From a virus (taxonomy: Duplodnaviria; Caudoviricetes): a DNA stretch of 53,617 nucleotides. Below, piece by piece: positions 35,418 to 45,919 of the stretch; position 1 is the stretch's first letter; the number at the start of each line of letters is the position of its first letter. The notes below the pieces were generated by a model that had not been told where the DNA came from, made no database searches, and was given only the letters and a program-made list of their open reading frames with translations. Both the position numbers and the translations under genes were made by a program. The stretch spans positions 1 to 53,617 of IMG/VR virus record IMGVR_UViG_3300046007_010355; one strand, 5' to 3'.

Positions 35418-37934
35418 TTATCTATTATTAAATTTTGTAATTTCAAATTCTAACACCTTAATTTTGTTGGAAAGTTCTTTAATCGACTCTACTAACAATC
35501 CCACTAGATTGCCATAGGCAATCGAATATTGTGTATCTTCGGAACCTGTTACTGCTTCTGGTAAAACTTTTAATACGTCTTGAGCAATCAAACCTGTATG
35601 CTTTAAATTATCATTATGATCTTTTCTTGTAAAAGTTACTCCAGTTAGTTGAGATACTTTATTCAAAGCATTAGAAATTGGTTCGATATTGTCTTTTATT
35701 CTTCTATCTGAAAATGCAACAAGATCTCCTGTAGCTGTTAAAGTACCAGAGACCATGTTAAAGGTAAAAGGAGCAATTACGGCTGCGCTGTTATCATCTG
35801 CTGTTGAAGCAAGGAAATATAAATTATCATCATTAGTTATACCTATTCCTTTAGCTCGTGATGTTAAACCTTTTGGCCAAAATAGTGCTGCTCCTTGAGG
35901 GAAAGATACAGCTTTACGCCATTCTGCGAGTGTCCAAAGATTGTATGAATCTGTAGCTGTACCTATATTAACTCCGAGACTAGCTCTAACTTGTCCAGTA
36001 ACATCTAGCGTTATAGAAGGTGTAGCATTATTGATACCTACCTTGTCTCCTCTCAGTGAGATAGCATCTGTCCAAACAGAATTGACTCTATTATAGAAAT
36101 GTACATCTCCTTCAATATTTTGGCTAGTATTAAGAGCAAAACTAGCTGTAGTTTTTCCTATTACTAATTGAGTATCTGATGTGCTCTGAATTATTAAACC
36201 ATTGGACATAACTACGCCGGGAGCAAAGGTAGTCAGTGTTGTTGCTGTTCCTATATATAATATATTTTCTGATGCCACCCATCTTAGTCTCGGGCTTCCT
36301 GTAGCAACACCAGGTATTCCGCCTGCAGGATTTCCGCCTACATTATATATAACCTGTGTGTCAGACCCTCCAATGGCACTTCCCGCTGTTCCCGAATAAC
36401 CACTCGGCCCGCTAAATCCACTATAACCACTTGGACCACTATAGCCACTTGGACCACTATAGCCACTTGGGCCACTATAGCCACTTATTCCACTATAGCC
36501 ACTTATTCCACTATAGCCACTCGGACCACTATAACCACTAAATCCACTCCAACCACTTATTCCACTATAGCCACTTGGACCACTATAACCACTTATTCCA
36601 CTATAGCCACTTGGCCCCGAATAACCGCTAAATCCACTTATTCCACTGTATCCGCTATCACCTTTAGCGACTGCTGATCCAGGTGTTCCTGAATATCCAC
36701 TAAATCCGCTATCGCCTTTAGCTACCGCTGATCCTGGAATTCCGGAATATCCACTAAATCCGCTTTGACCTGAAAATCCAGAACCTATCTGTCCAGAATA
36801 TCCACTAGTACCGCTGTATCCACTAATACCGCTGTATCCACTAAGACCACTAAAACCACTAGTGCTAGAATAGCCACTAATACCGGAATAACCACTAATA
36901 CCAGAAAAACCACTAGAACCTGAATAGCCACTTAGACCCAATCCGGAATATCCTGAAATTCCTACTCCTGAATACCCACTAATTCCTGAATATCCTGAAT
37001 ACCCACTAATTCCTGAATATCCTGAGATACCTGAATACCCACTTGTTGAAGAATAACCTGAGTATCCACTAGGACCTGAGTATCCACTAGGACCTGAGTA
37101 TCCACTTGTTGACGAGTATCCGCTATAACCGCTAATTCCGCTATAACCACTTTCTCCAGAAAATCCACTTCCGATACTGCCACTATATCCACTTGTACCG
37201 CTATACCCACTGAATCCACTTTCACCTGAGTATCCACTGTTTGCGCTGTATCCACTAAATCCTGAATATCCACTATTTGAACTATAACCGCTAATTCCCG
37301 AATATCCACTAATTCCTGAATATCCACTAATTCCTGAATATCCACTTCCGTTAATACCGCTGTAACCACTTATTCCGCTAAAGCCACTTGTTCCACTGAA
37401 GCCGCTGTATCCGCTAATACCACTAAAACCCGAATATCCACTATGGCCGCTAAATCCGCTTGCTCCGGAACCAGAAAATCCGCTAATTCCCGAATATCCA
37501 CTAATTCCCGAATATCCACTTTGGCTACTATATCCACTGAATCCACTTAATCCGCTAAAACCACTTGATCCGCTGTACCCACTAAAGCCCGAATATCCGC
37601 TTGTTCCTGATCCCGAATATCCGCTACGTCCACTATAACCTGAAATTCCACTATATCCACTGTATCCGCTGAAACTCGAATATCCACTATATCCACTAAT
37701 ACCGGAATATCCGCTGACACCGGAGTAGCCACTGATACCAGAATGTCCACTATATCCACTAGGACCAGTCGGTCCTCTAGGGCCACTAGGACCAGTCGGG
37801 CCTTGAGTATTCAATAATGCTCTTGTTTTAGCAACTGATAAAGTTTGTTCTACAGAATCATAAACTACAAATTTAGTACCACCTTCTGTAGGATTTTGTA
37901 ATTCAGGAAGGGAATTTATGTCTTGTCTGGTCAT
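35418..37934 (-). CDS. Tail fibre with (SGX)n repeats and a C-terminal intramolecular chaperone (S74-like)
   Basis: SGYSG tracts; SDRRIKDNI...GLIAQDV...LVESIKEL. Confidence 0.85.
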   Translation of the reverse strand: MTRQDINSLPELQNPTEGGTKFVVYDSVEQTLSVAKTRALLNTQGPTGPSGPRGPTGPSGYSGHSGISGYSGVSGYSGISGYSGYSSFSGYSGYSGISGYSGRSGYSGSGTSGYSGFSGYSGSSGFSGLSGFSGYSSQSGYSGISGYSGISGFSGSGASGFSGHSGYSGFSGISGYSGFSGTSGFSGISGYSGINGSGYSGISGYSGISGYSGISGYSSNSGYSGFSGYSANSGYSGESGFSGYSGTSGYSGSIGSGFSGESGYSGISGYSGYSSTSGYSGPSGYSGPSGYSGYSSTSGYSGISGYSGISGYSGYSGISGYSGVGISGYSGLGLSGYSGSSGFSGISGYSGISGYSSTSGFSGLSGYSGISGYSGTSGYSGQIGSGFSGQSGFSGYSGIPGSAVAKGDSGFSGYSGTPGSAVAKGDSGYSGISGFSGYSGPSGYSGISGYSGPSGYSGISGWSGFSGYSGPSGYSGISGYSGISGYSGPSGYSGPSGYSGPSGYSGFSGPSGYSGTAGSAIGGSDTQVIYNVGGNPAGGIPGVATGSPRLRWVASENILYIGTATTLTTFAPGVVMSNGLIIQSTSDTQLVIGKTTASFALNTSQNIEGDVHFYNRVNSVWTDAISLRGDKVGINNATPSITLDVTGQVRASLGVNIGTATDSYNLWTLAEWRKAVSFPQGAALFWPKGLTSRAKGIGITNDDNLYFLASTADDNSAAVIAPFTFNMVSGTLTATGDLVAFSDRRIKDNIEPISNALNKVSQLTGVTFTRKDHNDNLKHTGLIAQDVLKVLPEAVTGSEDTQYSIAYGNLVGLLVESIKELSNKIKVLEFEITKFNNR
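36390..37790 (-). repeat. Coding tandem repeat (Ser-Gly-X)n
   Basis: Degenerate 9-nt periodic repeat. Confidence 0.85.
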
Positions 37935-37985
37935 TTTTAAAGTTTTTCAAAATCCTTTTATAGTTTATTTATTTTAAGAATTAGT

Positions 37986-38579
37986 TTACACTACAAACCA
38001 ATGATAACCATCGCAAGCAATTTGTATAGCACTATTTGTAGCAATGGTACCTAAGTTACCCAGTCCTCCCCAAACTGTAAATGTTTGGGTTGAACTTCTA
38101 TTTCTAACAATAAGAATAATGCCACCTAAATTACTAGAAGCAATAGGCAAATACAAATTTCTTCCTGCTACAGTGGGATTTCCTGATAAAATAGGTGCAT
38201 TAATTTCACTAGCTGTTAAACTTATGTTCCCTGTAGAAAATTCTGTTAAATCTCTTACTGATTTTTTAAAAGCAGTAACCTGTACAGTGCCATCTCCAAA
38301 TGTTATTCCGGTTGCAGTATTTGTAATTAATATTGATGAAAAAGTCACAGTACTAACTGTGTTTAAAGTTTGATTAGCACCGGGACCTGAAGGACCTATC
38401 GGACCACTGGGTCCTACTGCTCCTTGAATACCTTCAGGCCCTTGTGGTCCAGCACTTAATGCCACTAATTGACCTAATGATATTTTTTTAGTTTTATTAT
38501 TGTCTGATTGATCACTAACAACAAATACAAGTTGATTTGTAAGAGTATTTAAAGATGGTAAGTTAATTATTTGGGTCAT
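37986..38579 (-). CDS. Short collagen-like fibre or structural protein
   Basis: GPQGPEGIQGAVGPSGPIGPSG; N-terminus resembles those of the two fibres (INLPSL). Confidence 0.75.
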   Translation of the reverse strand: MTQIINLPSLNTLTNQLVFVVSDQSDNNKTKKISLGQLVALSAGPQGPEGIQGAVGPSGPIGPSGPGANQTLNTVSTVTFSSILITNTATGITFGDGTVQVTAFKKSVRDLTEFSTGNISLTASEINAPILSGNPTVAGRNLYLPIASSNLGGIILIVRNRSSTQTFTVWGGLGNLGTIATNSAIQIACDGYHWFVV

Positions 38580-38582
38580 TGT

Positions 38583-40793
38583 TTATTCTCTTGTTATGGC
38601 TTCATTTGTATCAGTTTCAAGTGGCGTTTCGTCAAACACATACAGAATACTATCTGATTGAATTGAATCTGTAATATTTTTCCTCGGGAACAACAAATAT
38701 TTAGCGGTTGTATTATCTAAACTTTTATCAATTATTATTCTATCAATTTCAAGATCAAATTGATTAAAATTAAAATTGGATAATTTTATTCTTTTAAGTA
38801 TTTTATCTCCCTCTCCTGGTAAAACATAACACAAGGGTAAAACATGCATGTATCCAGGAGGTTCATATTGATCTAGTTGAGGAGATCTCATAAATCTTGG
38901 CATCATAAATTCGTCTATGTTTATAAAATCATTATCATTCAAAGTTAATTGACTTAATTGTCTACGCATATTATGAATACTACTTGGATAATAACTTTGA
39001 TCATTAGCATAAATCACATTATTCACACTTTGTAGCACATTATTATCATTTAATCTTTCCAGATTATCTACTATATCTACGTATACTACTTCATATACAA
39101 TAGTGCCTGTAGTTGTTTTTGCCAAAGCTACTTTCACATCTCCAAATGTAAATCTTCTTTTATAAAAATTTTCTCTCAGTGCCGGGATATAATCTGCTAA
39201 ATTTTGCTGTTGAATTCCAAACTCTAAAATCATTTTTATTTCTGTTTGAACTCCAAAATTAGGATCAAAAAATCTATATATTGAGGATTGGGGAAAGGTA
39301 AATGTATCTAACATGAAATCTCTAAATATTGTTCTTTTATCCAGAGATAAGAAGGGTCTAGTCCATATTTTAGTGTAGCTGTTATTATCATAGGTACCAA
39401 CTTCTAAAGTGAATTCTTTTTGAATTGCACTTAATTCGTAGACATCTTGGGCCTTAATTGTAAAACTGTATGTACCTGTAGTACCATAATCTATACTACC
39501 ACTCAACGATCCGTCTCTTTCTAAAGTTAATCCTGAAGGTATAGTGCCATCAACTAAAGAATATTTGATAGAAAAATCTGAATTTAATTGTTTTGCTTCT
39601 ACTGATAACTCACTAGTTTGTCCTGGATATAATGATTCTAATGTAGAAGAACTTACCCATTCCATTGAACTTTCAACTAGACCTTTTATGGCTAAAGTAA
39701 AAGTGTTTACTGCTATTGTGCCTGTTCCTTGATACCATTTTTCTGCATTAATTGTAAGGCTATAATTTGTTGTATATGCAGGTTGATAAGGTATGTATCC
39801 ATATAAAATACCTGTATTGGGTTCTAATTGTAAATTATTAGGTAAACGAGTTAATAATGTTGATCCTGTATTTAGAGTATAAATTACAGAACCTAATAAT
39901 GGATAACCATCATACGCACTGATATCAAAAGTTTCGTTATTTTCAGCACGTGCTATTCCTAAGTCTGAGCCTTTTATAAATTGCGGTGAAGGTATATAAT
40001 TAGAATTAGTGCTGATTAACCCAGGTTCTAAAGACATCTGTATTCTTTCAGGAGTTCTAATCATTTCTGGATTAACTACCAATATTTTAAAAAATCTATC
40101 AGTAGACCTAACATTGTCTGAAGCGGTCACTTTAAAAGTATAAATTTTAGGAACACCGATACTATCTACTTCTACCTGACCGTAATCATAAGCATAAGCA
40201 TCATATTTTTCTTCGTCGTATCCTCCTAAATCCTCATCTAATCCGTCAAATGTTAAAGTATCATTCATAAATCCTGATAGTATACCGTCTTTAGTTAAGG
40301 TTAGTCCGGGCGGCAAATTTCCGCCATTTTCTGGTATATAAAATTTTAAACTTGTATCTGATGGAGCAGAAGTCGGTTCAGCTTGAAACTGATAATATAC
40401 ATATTGTTTATTAAGAGTAAAACTTTCTCCTTTAGGTCCTAGTTTCAAATAGGCTGTGCTAGTATTGTAATCTATTATACTCGAATAGCCTGTAGAAGTA
40501 TTCCAAGTTGGTGGTTGAGAATCTTTAACAACGAAGTTAAATGTTCTGTCTGCAAATCCTTCTGTAGATGTAGCTCGCACTACAAAGTTATAAGTTGTCG
40601 GTTGAAGAACAGCAGATGGAATCCCTGATATGGTTCCGGTAGAAGACACAATTATACCCGAGGGCACTGTGCCACTAATAAATCTATAAGACACATTAGT
40701 GCCGCTTGCAATTACTTGTGTACTAGTGCTAATTAATTCTGTTAGAGTAGATAAAAAACCAGCAGCAGTAATCCAAATTGGTCCAGTAGTCAT
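38583..40793 (-). CDS. Virion structural protein with putative Ig-like domains (baseplate/tail-associated)
   Basis: Repeated G.LP.GL.L...G.LSG...Y.F.V.A units. Confidence 0.75.
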   Translation of the reverse strand: MTTGPIWITAAGFLSTLTELISTSTQVIASGTNVSYRFISGTVPSGIIVSSTGTISGIPSAVLQPTTYNFVVRATSTEGFADRTFNFVVKDSQPPTWNTSTGYSSIIDYNTSTAYLKLGPKGESFTLNKQYVYYQFQAEPTSAPSDTSLKFYIPENGGNLPPGLTLTKDGILSGFMNDTLTFDGLDEDLGGYDEEKYDAYAYDYGQVEVDSIGVPKIYTFKVTASDNVRSTDRFFKILVVNPEMIRTPERIQMSLEPGLISTNSNYIPSPQFIKGSDLGIARAENNETFDISAYDGYPLLGSVIYTLNTGSTLLTRLPNNLQLEPNTGILYGYIPYQPAYTTNYSLTINAEKWYQGTGTIAVNTFTLAIKGLVESSMEWVSSSTLESLYPGQTSELSVEAKQLNSDFSIKYSLVDGTIPSGLTLERDGSLSGSIDYGTTGTYSFTIKAQDVYELSAIQKEFTLEVGTYDNNSYTKIWTRPFLSLDKRTIFRDFMLDTFTFPQSSIYRFFDPNFGVQTEIKMILEFGIQQQNLADYIPALRENFYKRRFTFGDVKVALAKTTTGTIVYEVVYVDIVDNLERLNDNNVLQSVNNVIYANDQSYYPSSIHNMRRQLSQLTLNDNDFINIDEFMMPRFMRSPQLDQYEPPGYMHVLPLCYVLPGEGDKILKRIKLSNFNFNQFDLEIDRIIIDKSLDNTTAKYLLFPRKNITDSIQSDSILYVFDETPLETDTNEAITRE

Positions 40794-40832
40794 AAAAAAA
40801 TACCTCTATAACGAGTGCTATAGAGGTATTTA
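40794..40832 (-). terminator. Hairpin (terminator / RBS-sequestering) overlapped by a TAAATA late-type promoter
   Basis: 13-bp stem AAATACCTCTATA/TATAGAGGTATTT followed by a T run; the 3' arm contains AGAGG. Confidence 0.6.
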
Positions 40833-40851
40833 ATTGATTTAAAGAGATTAT

Positions 40852-41076
40852 TTAGTGCAAGGTTCTTCCTTCTAACTGATGTATATCATTTATTCCAAAT
40901 ATTTTTAAAATTAATTGCACTTCGCTTGGAGGGTCATCCATTAAATGTCCGGGTATCATAATGCTTTTGAGCTCTCCGTCTGATCCTATGATAAAACTAA
41001 AATCATCCGCATCATAATCGTCATCTTCTTCTAATTCTTCCTCAACAATAATATTTGTTGCTGGGTCTTGAGGCAT
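40852..41076 (-). CDS. Small acidic hypothetical protein
   Basis: 74-aa ORF, GGAG RBS. Confidence 0.75.
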   Translation of the reverse strand: MPQDPATNIIVEEELEEDDDYDADDFSFIIGSDGELKSIMIPGHLMDDPPSEVQLILKIFGINDIHQLEGRTLH

Positions 41077-41208
41077 AATATTGCTCCACTACTTAATAAA
41101 AGGTACTAAAGTTAGTTATAATAAATTTAAAAGTCCTCCATAATTTATATAAAGATATTTAGTTGATGTTAAATAAACACATATATTTCTAATTAAAAGG
41201 AATTTAAA

Positions 41209-41571
41209 ATGGAAATTATTATCTTAATTTTAATTATTGCTGCATTTGTATGGTGGTGGTCTAGTCATTTAAAGAATAACTCTTCTACAAAATCATCATC
41301 TGTACCAGCAGAAAACAAAGTAGAAGAAAAACCCTCTACAGAACCTTTACCAGTAACGGAAGCAGCCCCGGTTGGTTTAGTAGCTTTAGCAACTCATGTT
41401 TCACAACCTGTAATTCAAAATCCGGTGGTTGAAAACGCTGTAGTTAAAACACGTAAACCACGTAAACCACGTGCTGTTAAAGTTGAAAAACCTGCTAGTA
41501 AAAGCAAAACAAAATCAGTACAGACCAAGAAAACTACAGTGGCTAGAAAACCTAGATCAAACAAACCCTAA
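41209..41571 (+). CDS. Membrane-anchored protein with a Lys/Pro-rich low-complexity tail
   Basis: N-terminal TM, KTRKPRKPR; AAGGA RBS and TAAATA upstream. Confidence 0.7.
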   Translation: MEIIILILIIAAFVWWWSSHLKNNSSTKSSSVPAENKVEEKPSTEPLPVTEAAPVGLVALATHVSQPVIQNPVVENAVVKTRKPRKPRAVKVEKPASKSKTKSVQTKKTTVARKPRSNKP

Positions 41572-42585
41572 TCTTTTAGCCTGTTTGGCAAGTTCAAAAC
41601 TTGCCAAATTTTTAGCTTTGGATTCACACATAATATCGTGGGTTTCTAAAAAGCTCAAAGCCCATTCATTCACTGCGGTGTTCCAGTAGAAATCACTATG
41701 GGCTCGCAGTTTCTGTTTTTTATGTCCTGACTCGATTAAGGTCTTAAAATCGGGAATCCGATCTCGGGGATGATCCACCAGGATATCCTCTCTAGAAATA
41801 CTATAATGCAAAGTAGGACGAACCCCGCGCCAACTATCCACCACTCTTTTAACACTGTCACTAGTTGGTTCAATGTATACCCCTTCACGGCACCAATTAT
41901 GATGTATGTCAAGCACAGTAGGTATAATATCAGCAAGGCTAAGACAATCATCCAATCCATAACTTATTTCCTCGTTTTCGACGGTAATGGTATTACGGGC
42001 TTCTGGACTGAGTCGCGAATAGGCTTGTCGGATACCGGCTGGACCGGCTCTACCCGCGATGTGGACGTTGATTTTAAAGTCTTGAAACGATTTGCCATAA
42101 TCCATCCAACGGGCCATATCTGCATGGTATTCAAACTCCTCTATACTACGTTCAACAATTTCAGGACTATCACTAGCAAGCACAGTGAACTGGCCAGGAT
42201 GAAAGCTAAGCCGAACACTACGATCCCGAGCCAGCCTTCCGACCTTGGCAAACGCTGATTCCGCATATCTCTGTACATCAGGAAGCTGCCAAAAGTAGCG
42301 CCAGCTAGGCTCAGTATAAACAGGAAGAATGTCGCTTGAAAGACGAACCATCCGAAGTCCATTATCCAAATCTCCTACTCGTTGAACCAACAGTCTTGTT
42401 GATTCGATATTTTGTTTCATTAAATCCCATAATTTTTGTTCTGCAACCTCTCGTGTTTGTCTGTTCAGCCAAGCAACAGTAGTTGAACCTGTATTGTATT
42501 TTTTACAGTCGTCTTTAGGTTTGATACCATCTACCTGATCTGGATGATCAATCCATTTACAAGCAAATCCAATTCTTTTACTCAT
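41557..42585 (-). CDS. uvsE: UV damage endonuclease (UvsE/UVDE)
   Basis: RIGFAC, RLSSD, RLSFHPGQF, INVH, ENEE, LDIHH, RAHSD, MCESK; likely start at 42585. Confidence 0.92.
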   Translation of the reverse strand: MSKRIGFACKWIDHPDQVDGIKPKDDCKKYNTGSTTVAWLNRQTREVAEQKLWDLMKQNIESTRLLVQRVGDLDNGLRMVRLSSDILPVYTEPSWRYFWQLPDVQRYAESAFAKVGRLARDRSVRLSFHPGQFTVLASDSPEIVERSIEEFEYHADMARWMDYGKSFQDFKINVHIAGRAGPAGIRQAYSRLSPEARNTITVENEEISYGLDDCLSLADIIPTVLDIHHNWCREGVYIEPTSDSVKRVVDSWRGVRPTLHYSISREDILVDHPRDRIPDFKTLIESGHKKQKLRAHSDFYWNTAVNEWALSFLETHDIMCESKAKNLASFELAKQAKRLGFV

Positions 42586-43048
42586 GTTGTTCTTTTGATA
42601 ATTTAGCAAGTAGAATAAAGTGATCGTATGCTTTTTTAACTGTCTCATTAGATAATAACAGGTCTGCTTCTTTTTGTAAAGCTTTCATAGCTTCCTCTGC
42701 AACTTCTCTAGCACTCGGCCATTCTAATTGTTTAGCATCATCGCCGAATTCCTTTATAAGATTATTCCAAGCAGCTAGTTGACCTTCTGTAAGTTGTTTT
42801 CCTCTATCTGACCTTGGCATACGCAGTTCTCCTTCTTTTACCAAAGCTGTTGCTAGTGCATCTTCGGCCACATGACTGGCAGCAATTAAGGCTACATAAT
42901 TTGGATCAACATTGAATTTTCGACTAGTTAACCCTGGCCGGCATATTACAACGTGTGTTCCTTTGGGATATGCGTCTATGAATTCGCTATCATACTCTTT
43001 AACCGGAACGTATCGTTTCCCACGTTTTTCATAAAAAGTTTTTTTCAT
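42578..43048 (-). CDS. Hypothetical protein
   Basis: 156-aa ORF. Confidence 0.8.
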   Translation of the reverse strand: MKKTFYEKRGKRYVPVKEYDSEFIDAYPKGTHVVICRPGLTSRKFNVDPNYVALIAASHVAEDALATALVKEGELRMPRSDRGKQLTEGQLAAWNNLIKEFGDDAKQLEWPSAREVAEEAMKALQKEADLLLSNETVKKAYDHFILLAKLSKEQHE

Positions 43049-43287
43049 AATTTATCGCTTAACAGAATTTTGCACATTAGAGCATCTTCTTCATTAGTAA
43101 AATTAAAGATCATATAATCAAAACAAGGTTTATACATGTATCTACAACCGGGTAATCCAAAAACTTCTAGCACATCTGCACAACACTCGTTCCACCAAAT
43201 TGTGCCTTGTTCATCGGTCCAGTTTATTCTGACTGAGAAGGGATAACTTTGCTCAATGTCCAACTGCCATCTCCGTTGTCCTTCCAT
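43045..43287 (-). CDS. Hypothetical protein
   Basis: WWNECCADVLEVFGLPG; true start probably further downstream. Confidence 0.65.
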   Translation of the reverse strand: MEGQRRWQLDIEQSYPFSVRINWTDEQGTIWWNECCADVLEVFGLPGCRYMYKPCFDYMIFNFTNEEDALMCKILLSDKL

Positions 43288-43406
43288 TCTAAAGTATCTC
43301 CTTCAAACCATCCCTGCATTGCAAGCATTTCTGCAGGAAGTGGAAGAATTAATTCTCCGCTTTCTGGATCTTCTTCTACAGTGATAGTCCAACTAAGTTT
43401 TTCCAT
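43224..43406 (-). CDS. AbrB/MazE-like small DNA-binding protein
   Basis: GELILPLP.EM...GW.EGDTLEW swapped-hairpin pattern; likely start at 43406. Confidence 0.6.
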   Translation of the reverse strand: MEKLSWTITVEEDPESGELILPLPAEMLAMQGWFEGDTLEWKDNGDGSWTLSKVIPSQSE

Positions 43407-43408
43407 TT

Positions 43409-43645
43409 TTAATCCTTTATTAGTTCTGTCCAAATTAACCATTGTCTAAAAGCTTTGTAAACTGATCTAGCTTCTTCGTCGTCTATATCTAACTTTTTAC
43501 CTCTGACATAAAAGCCGTCCTCGGCCACTCGTAACATTTCACTTTGATTGGTATACAAAGTAATATTCGAGGATTCTTCTCCCCTTGGCTCAAATGTTAA
43601 AATAGGTTGAGGAGAACTTTCTTTTACAACAAATTCTTGTGTCAT
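43409..43645 (-). CDS. Hypothetical protein
   Basis: 78-aa ORF. Confidence 0.7.
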   Translation of the reverse strand: MTQEFVVKESSPQPILTFEPRGEESSNITLYTNQSEMLRVAEDGFYVRGKKLDIDDEEARSVYKAFRQWLIWTELIKD

Positions 43646-43648
43646 ATT

Positions 43649-44587
43649 TTACACTTCTCTTTGAAAATAAGCAATAGTTTTACGAAGTCCGTCCTCTAAT
43701 GAAATAGAAGGTTCCCAGTTTAATATCTGTTTTGCTAAACTGATATCTGGTCTACGCTGTTTTGGATCATCTTTAGGTAATGGACTTTTAATTATTTGAC
43801 TAGAACTTTTAGTTAACTCGAGTACTTTTGTTGCTAATTCGTTCATAGTAAATTCACCAGGATTGCCTAAATTGATAGGTCCGGGAATTGTTTGCTCTGT
43901 GTTCAACTCCATATATTTCAACATAGCATCGATAAGATCATCTACATAACAAAAACTTCTAGTCTGTTCTCCGTCTCCGTAAATGGTTAAATCGATTCCT
44001 TTAAGAGCCTGTACAATCAAGTTACTGACCACTCGTCCGTCATTCTTAGCCATTCTAGGACCGTAAGTATTGAAAATTCTAATGATTCTTACATCTACAT
44101 TATGTACACGCCAATAATCCATAAAAAGAGTTTCAGCCGCACGTTTGCCTTCGTCATAGCAACTTCTAATACCAATCGGATTTACATTGCCCCAATAGTC
44201 TTCTTTTTGAGGATGAATTTTAGGATCGCCGTATACTTCCGAAGTACTGGCTTGGAGAATCTTAGCACCAGTTCTTTTAGCTAAACCTAATAGATTATAG
44301 GATCCTAAAATGCTAGTTTTCATAGTTTGAATCGGATCCCATTGATAGTAGAATGGACTAGCAGGACAGGCTAAATTGTATATTTCATCAACTTCCACAT
44401 ATAATGGAAAGCATACATCTTGTCTTAATACTTCGAAATTTTTGTAATCTAATAAATTTTCTATATTCTTTTTTGATCCTGTAAAGTAATTATCGACACA
44501 TAGTACATGATGACCGGAGTTTACTAAACGATCGCAAAGATGGCTACCTAAAAATCCAGCACCACCTGTAACTAAAATCTTTTTCAT
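43649..44587 (-). CDS. UDP-glucuronate decarboxylase-like (UDP-xylose synthase) NAD-dependent SDR
   Basis: [55 protein letters not shown]. Confidence 0.9.
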   Translation of the reverse strand: MKKILVTGGAGFLGSHLCDRLVNSGHHVLCVDNYFTGSKKNIENLLDYKNFEVLRQDVCFPLYVEVDEIYNLACPASPFYYQWDPIQTMKTSILGSYNLLGLAKRTGAKILQASTSEVYGDPKIHPQKEDYWGNVNPIGIRSCYDEGKRAAETLFMDYWRVHNVDVRIIRIFNTYGPRMAKNDGRVVSNLIVQALKGIDLTIYGDGEQTRSFCYVDDLIDAMLKYMELNTEQTIPGPINLGNPGEFTMNELATKVLELTKSSSQIIKSPLPKDDPKQRRPDISLAKQILNWEPSISLEDGLRKTIAYFQREV

Positions 44588-44588
44588 A

Positions 44589-44732
44589 TTATTCCTTATC
44601 TGAAATTCCTTTTGGGGGAATTATACCATATTGTTTATATAACCAATATATAAAATCTTCGATATTTTTGTTCTTTTCTGAATATACATTATAAGCATTA
44701 AAAACTTTTTCTAACCATAACTTATCTAACAT
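44589..44732 (-). CDS. Small hypothetical protein, 47 aa (not in the ORF track)
   Basis: [47 protein letters not shown] fills the intergenic gap. Confidence 0.55.
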   Translation of the reverse strand: MLDKLWLEKVFNAYNVYSEKNKNIEDFIYWLYKQYGIIPPKGISDKE

Positions 44733-45919
44733 TTTTCTATCAACTCCGTTAACAATACAGAAGTAGCAGGACTAAAAGTCCATCCTAAATGTCCGTGACC
44801 CGTATGATAAAACACTTTTTTATTTTTATTACTTTGTTTTATAATGGGTAGCATATTAGGAGTCATAGGCCTTAAACAGGCCCAACTAGTATAATTACTT
44901 GTATTAATTTTTGGAAAGTTTATATTAACCCATTTTAGGATTGGTTCTATTCTTGATCTTTTAATGTCATAATTTTCACCTGAAAGTTCGGCAGTGCCGG
45001 CTACTCTAAATCTATTGCCTAAAGTACTGGTTACAATTTTTGCTTGATCATCTAAAAGACTTATTTTAGGTACATACTGCATATCTTCTGGACTAACGGT
45101 AATTGTGATACTATATCCTTTTACTGGATACATAGAAAGATTATCTCCTAGTAATTTAGATATTGCAATAGAACCTATACCTGCAGATACTACAATGAAA
45201 TCAAAATTATTTTTTAAGATTTCTAAATCATTTATTGATTTAATTTGATTATTGAACTTAAATTCTACTTTATATTTTTTTTCTAAAATATCTACTAGTT
45301 GGTGACAAAATTTATGTATATCTCCAGTCCAGTCTTCTGAAGTCCATGCACCACCTTTTATATTTTCTATATATTTTAGTGCAGGATCCTTTGAAAGTGT
45401 CTGGATAGGATTTAGAATTTGCCATTCGCATCCGTTTGCTGTATATAGTTCTTCACATATCTGTGCATTTTTAAAATATTCTATATCTTTATAAAAATGT
45501 AAAATACCACAAAATGATTGATCGAATGCTATATCTTCTTCATCTAGTATATTTTTATATAAAATTCTAGATTTTAATCCTAATTCTATAGTCTTAGCAG
45601 TATTAATCGCGTATTCATTTTTTGCTGTATAGTATACAAACTTTAGTAGCCAGTTAATTTTTGCCCATGACAACCTATGTCCTATAAGGAGAGGAGCATC
45701 TTTTTTAAATATCCAACTGATACCTTTTTGGATATTACTCCATGTATTCCATACTTCACTATTACTAACAGATACTTGTCCGCCGTTTGCAAAGCTAGTC
45801 CTCATAGCAGGATAGCGTTCTTGTTCTAAGACAGTTACTTTGTATCCTGCCTTAGTTAAAAAGTATGCAGACAAAACTCCTGTAATGCCTGCACCTATTA
45901 CTGCAATATTTTTATTCAT
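44726..45919 (-). CDS. dadA: D-amino acid dehydrogenase-like FAD oxidoreductase
   Basis: VIGAGITG, TSFANGGQ, YPVKGYSIT, RVAGTAE, WACLRPMTP, GHGHLGWT. Confidence 0.88.
   Translation of the reverse strand: MNKNIAVIGAGITGVLSAYFLTKAGYKVTVLEQERYPAMRTSFANGGQVSVSNSEVWNTWSNIQKGISWIFKKDAPLLIGHRLSWAKINWLLKFVYYTAKNEYAINTAKTIELGLKSRILYKNILDEEDIAFDQSFCGILHFYKDIEYFKNAQICEELYTANGCEWQILNPIQTLSKDPALKYIENIKGGAWTSEDWTGDIHKFCHQLVDILEKKYKVEFKFNNQIKSINDLEILKNNFDFIVVSAGIGSIAISKLLGDNLSMYPVKGYSITITVSPEDMQYVPKISLLDDQAKIVTSTLGNRFRVAGTAELSGENYDIKRSRIEPILKWVNINFPKINTSNYTSWACLRPMTPNMLPIIKQSNKNKKVFYHTGHGHLGWTFSPATSVLLTELIEKC

Noticed and set aside
33443-37786. Alternative-frame ORFs such as (VSQAIQ)n and (VDIQEL)n
   Set aside because: By-products of the periodic SGX codons, with no RBS or independent coding signal
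33430-37790. Repeat tracts as a CRISPR array or non-coding satellite
   Set aside because: Period is 9/18 nt with no unique spacers, and the tracts lie in frame within tail fibre ORFs
31797-37934. Diversity-generating retroelement or invertible tail fibre switch
   Set aside because: No reverse transcriptase, template/variable repeat pair, invertase or inverted fibre copy in the window
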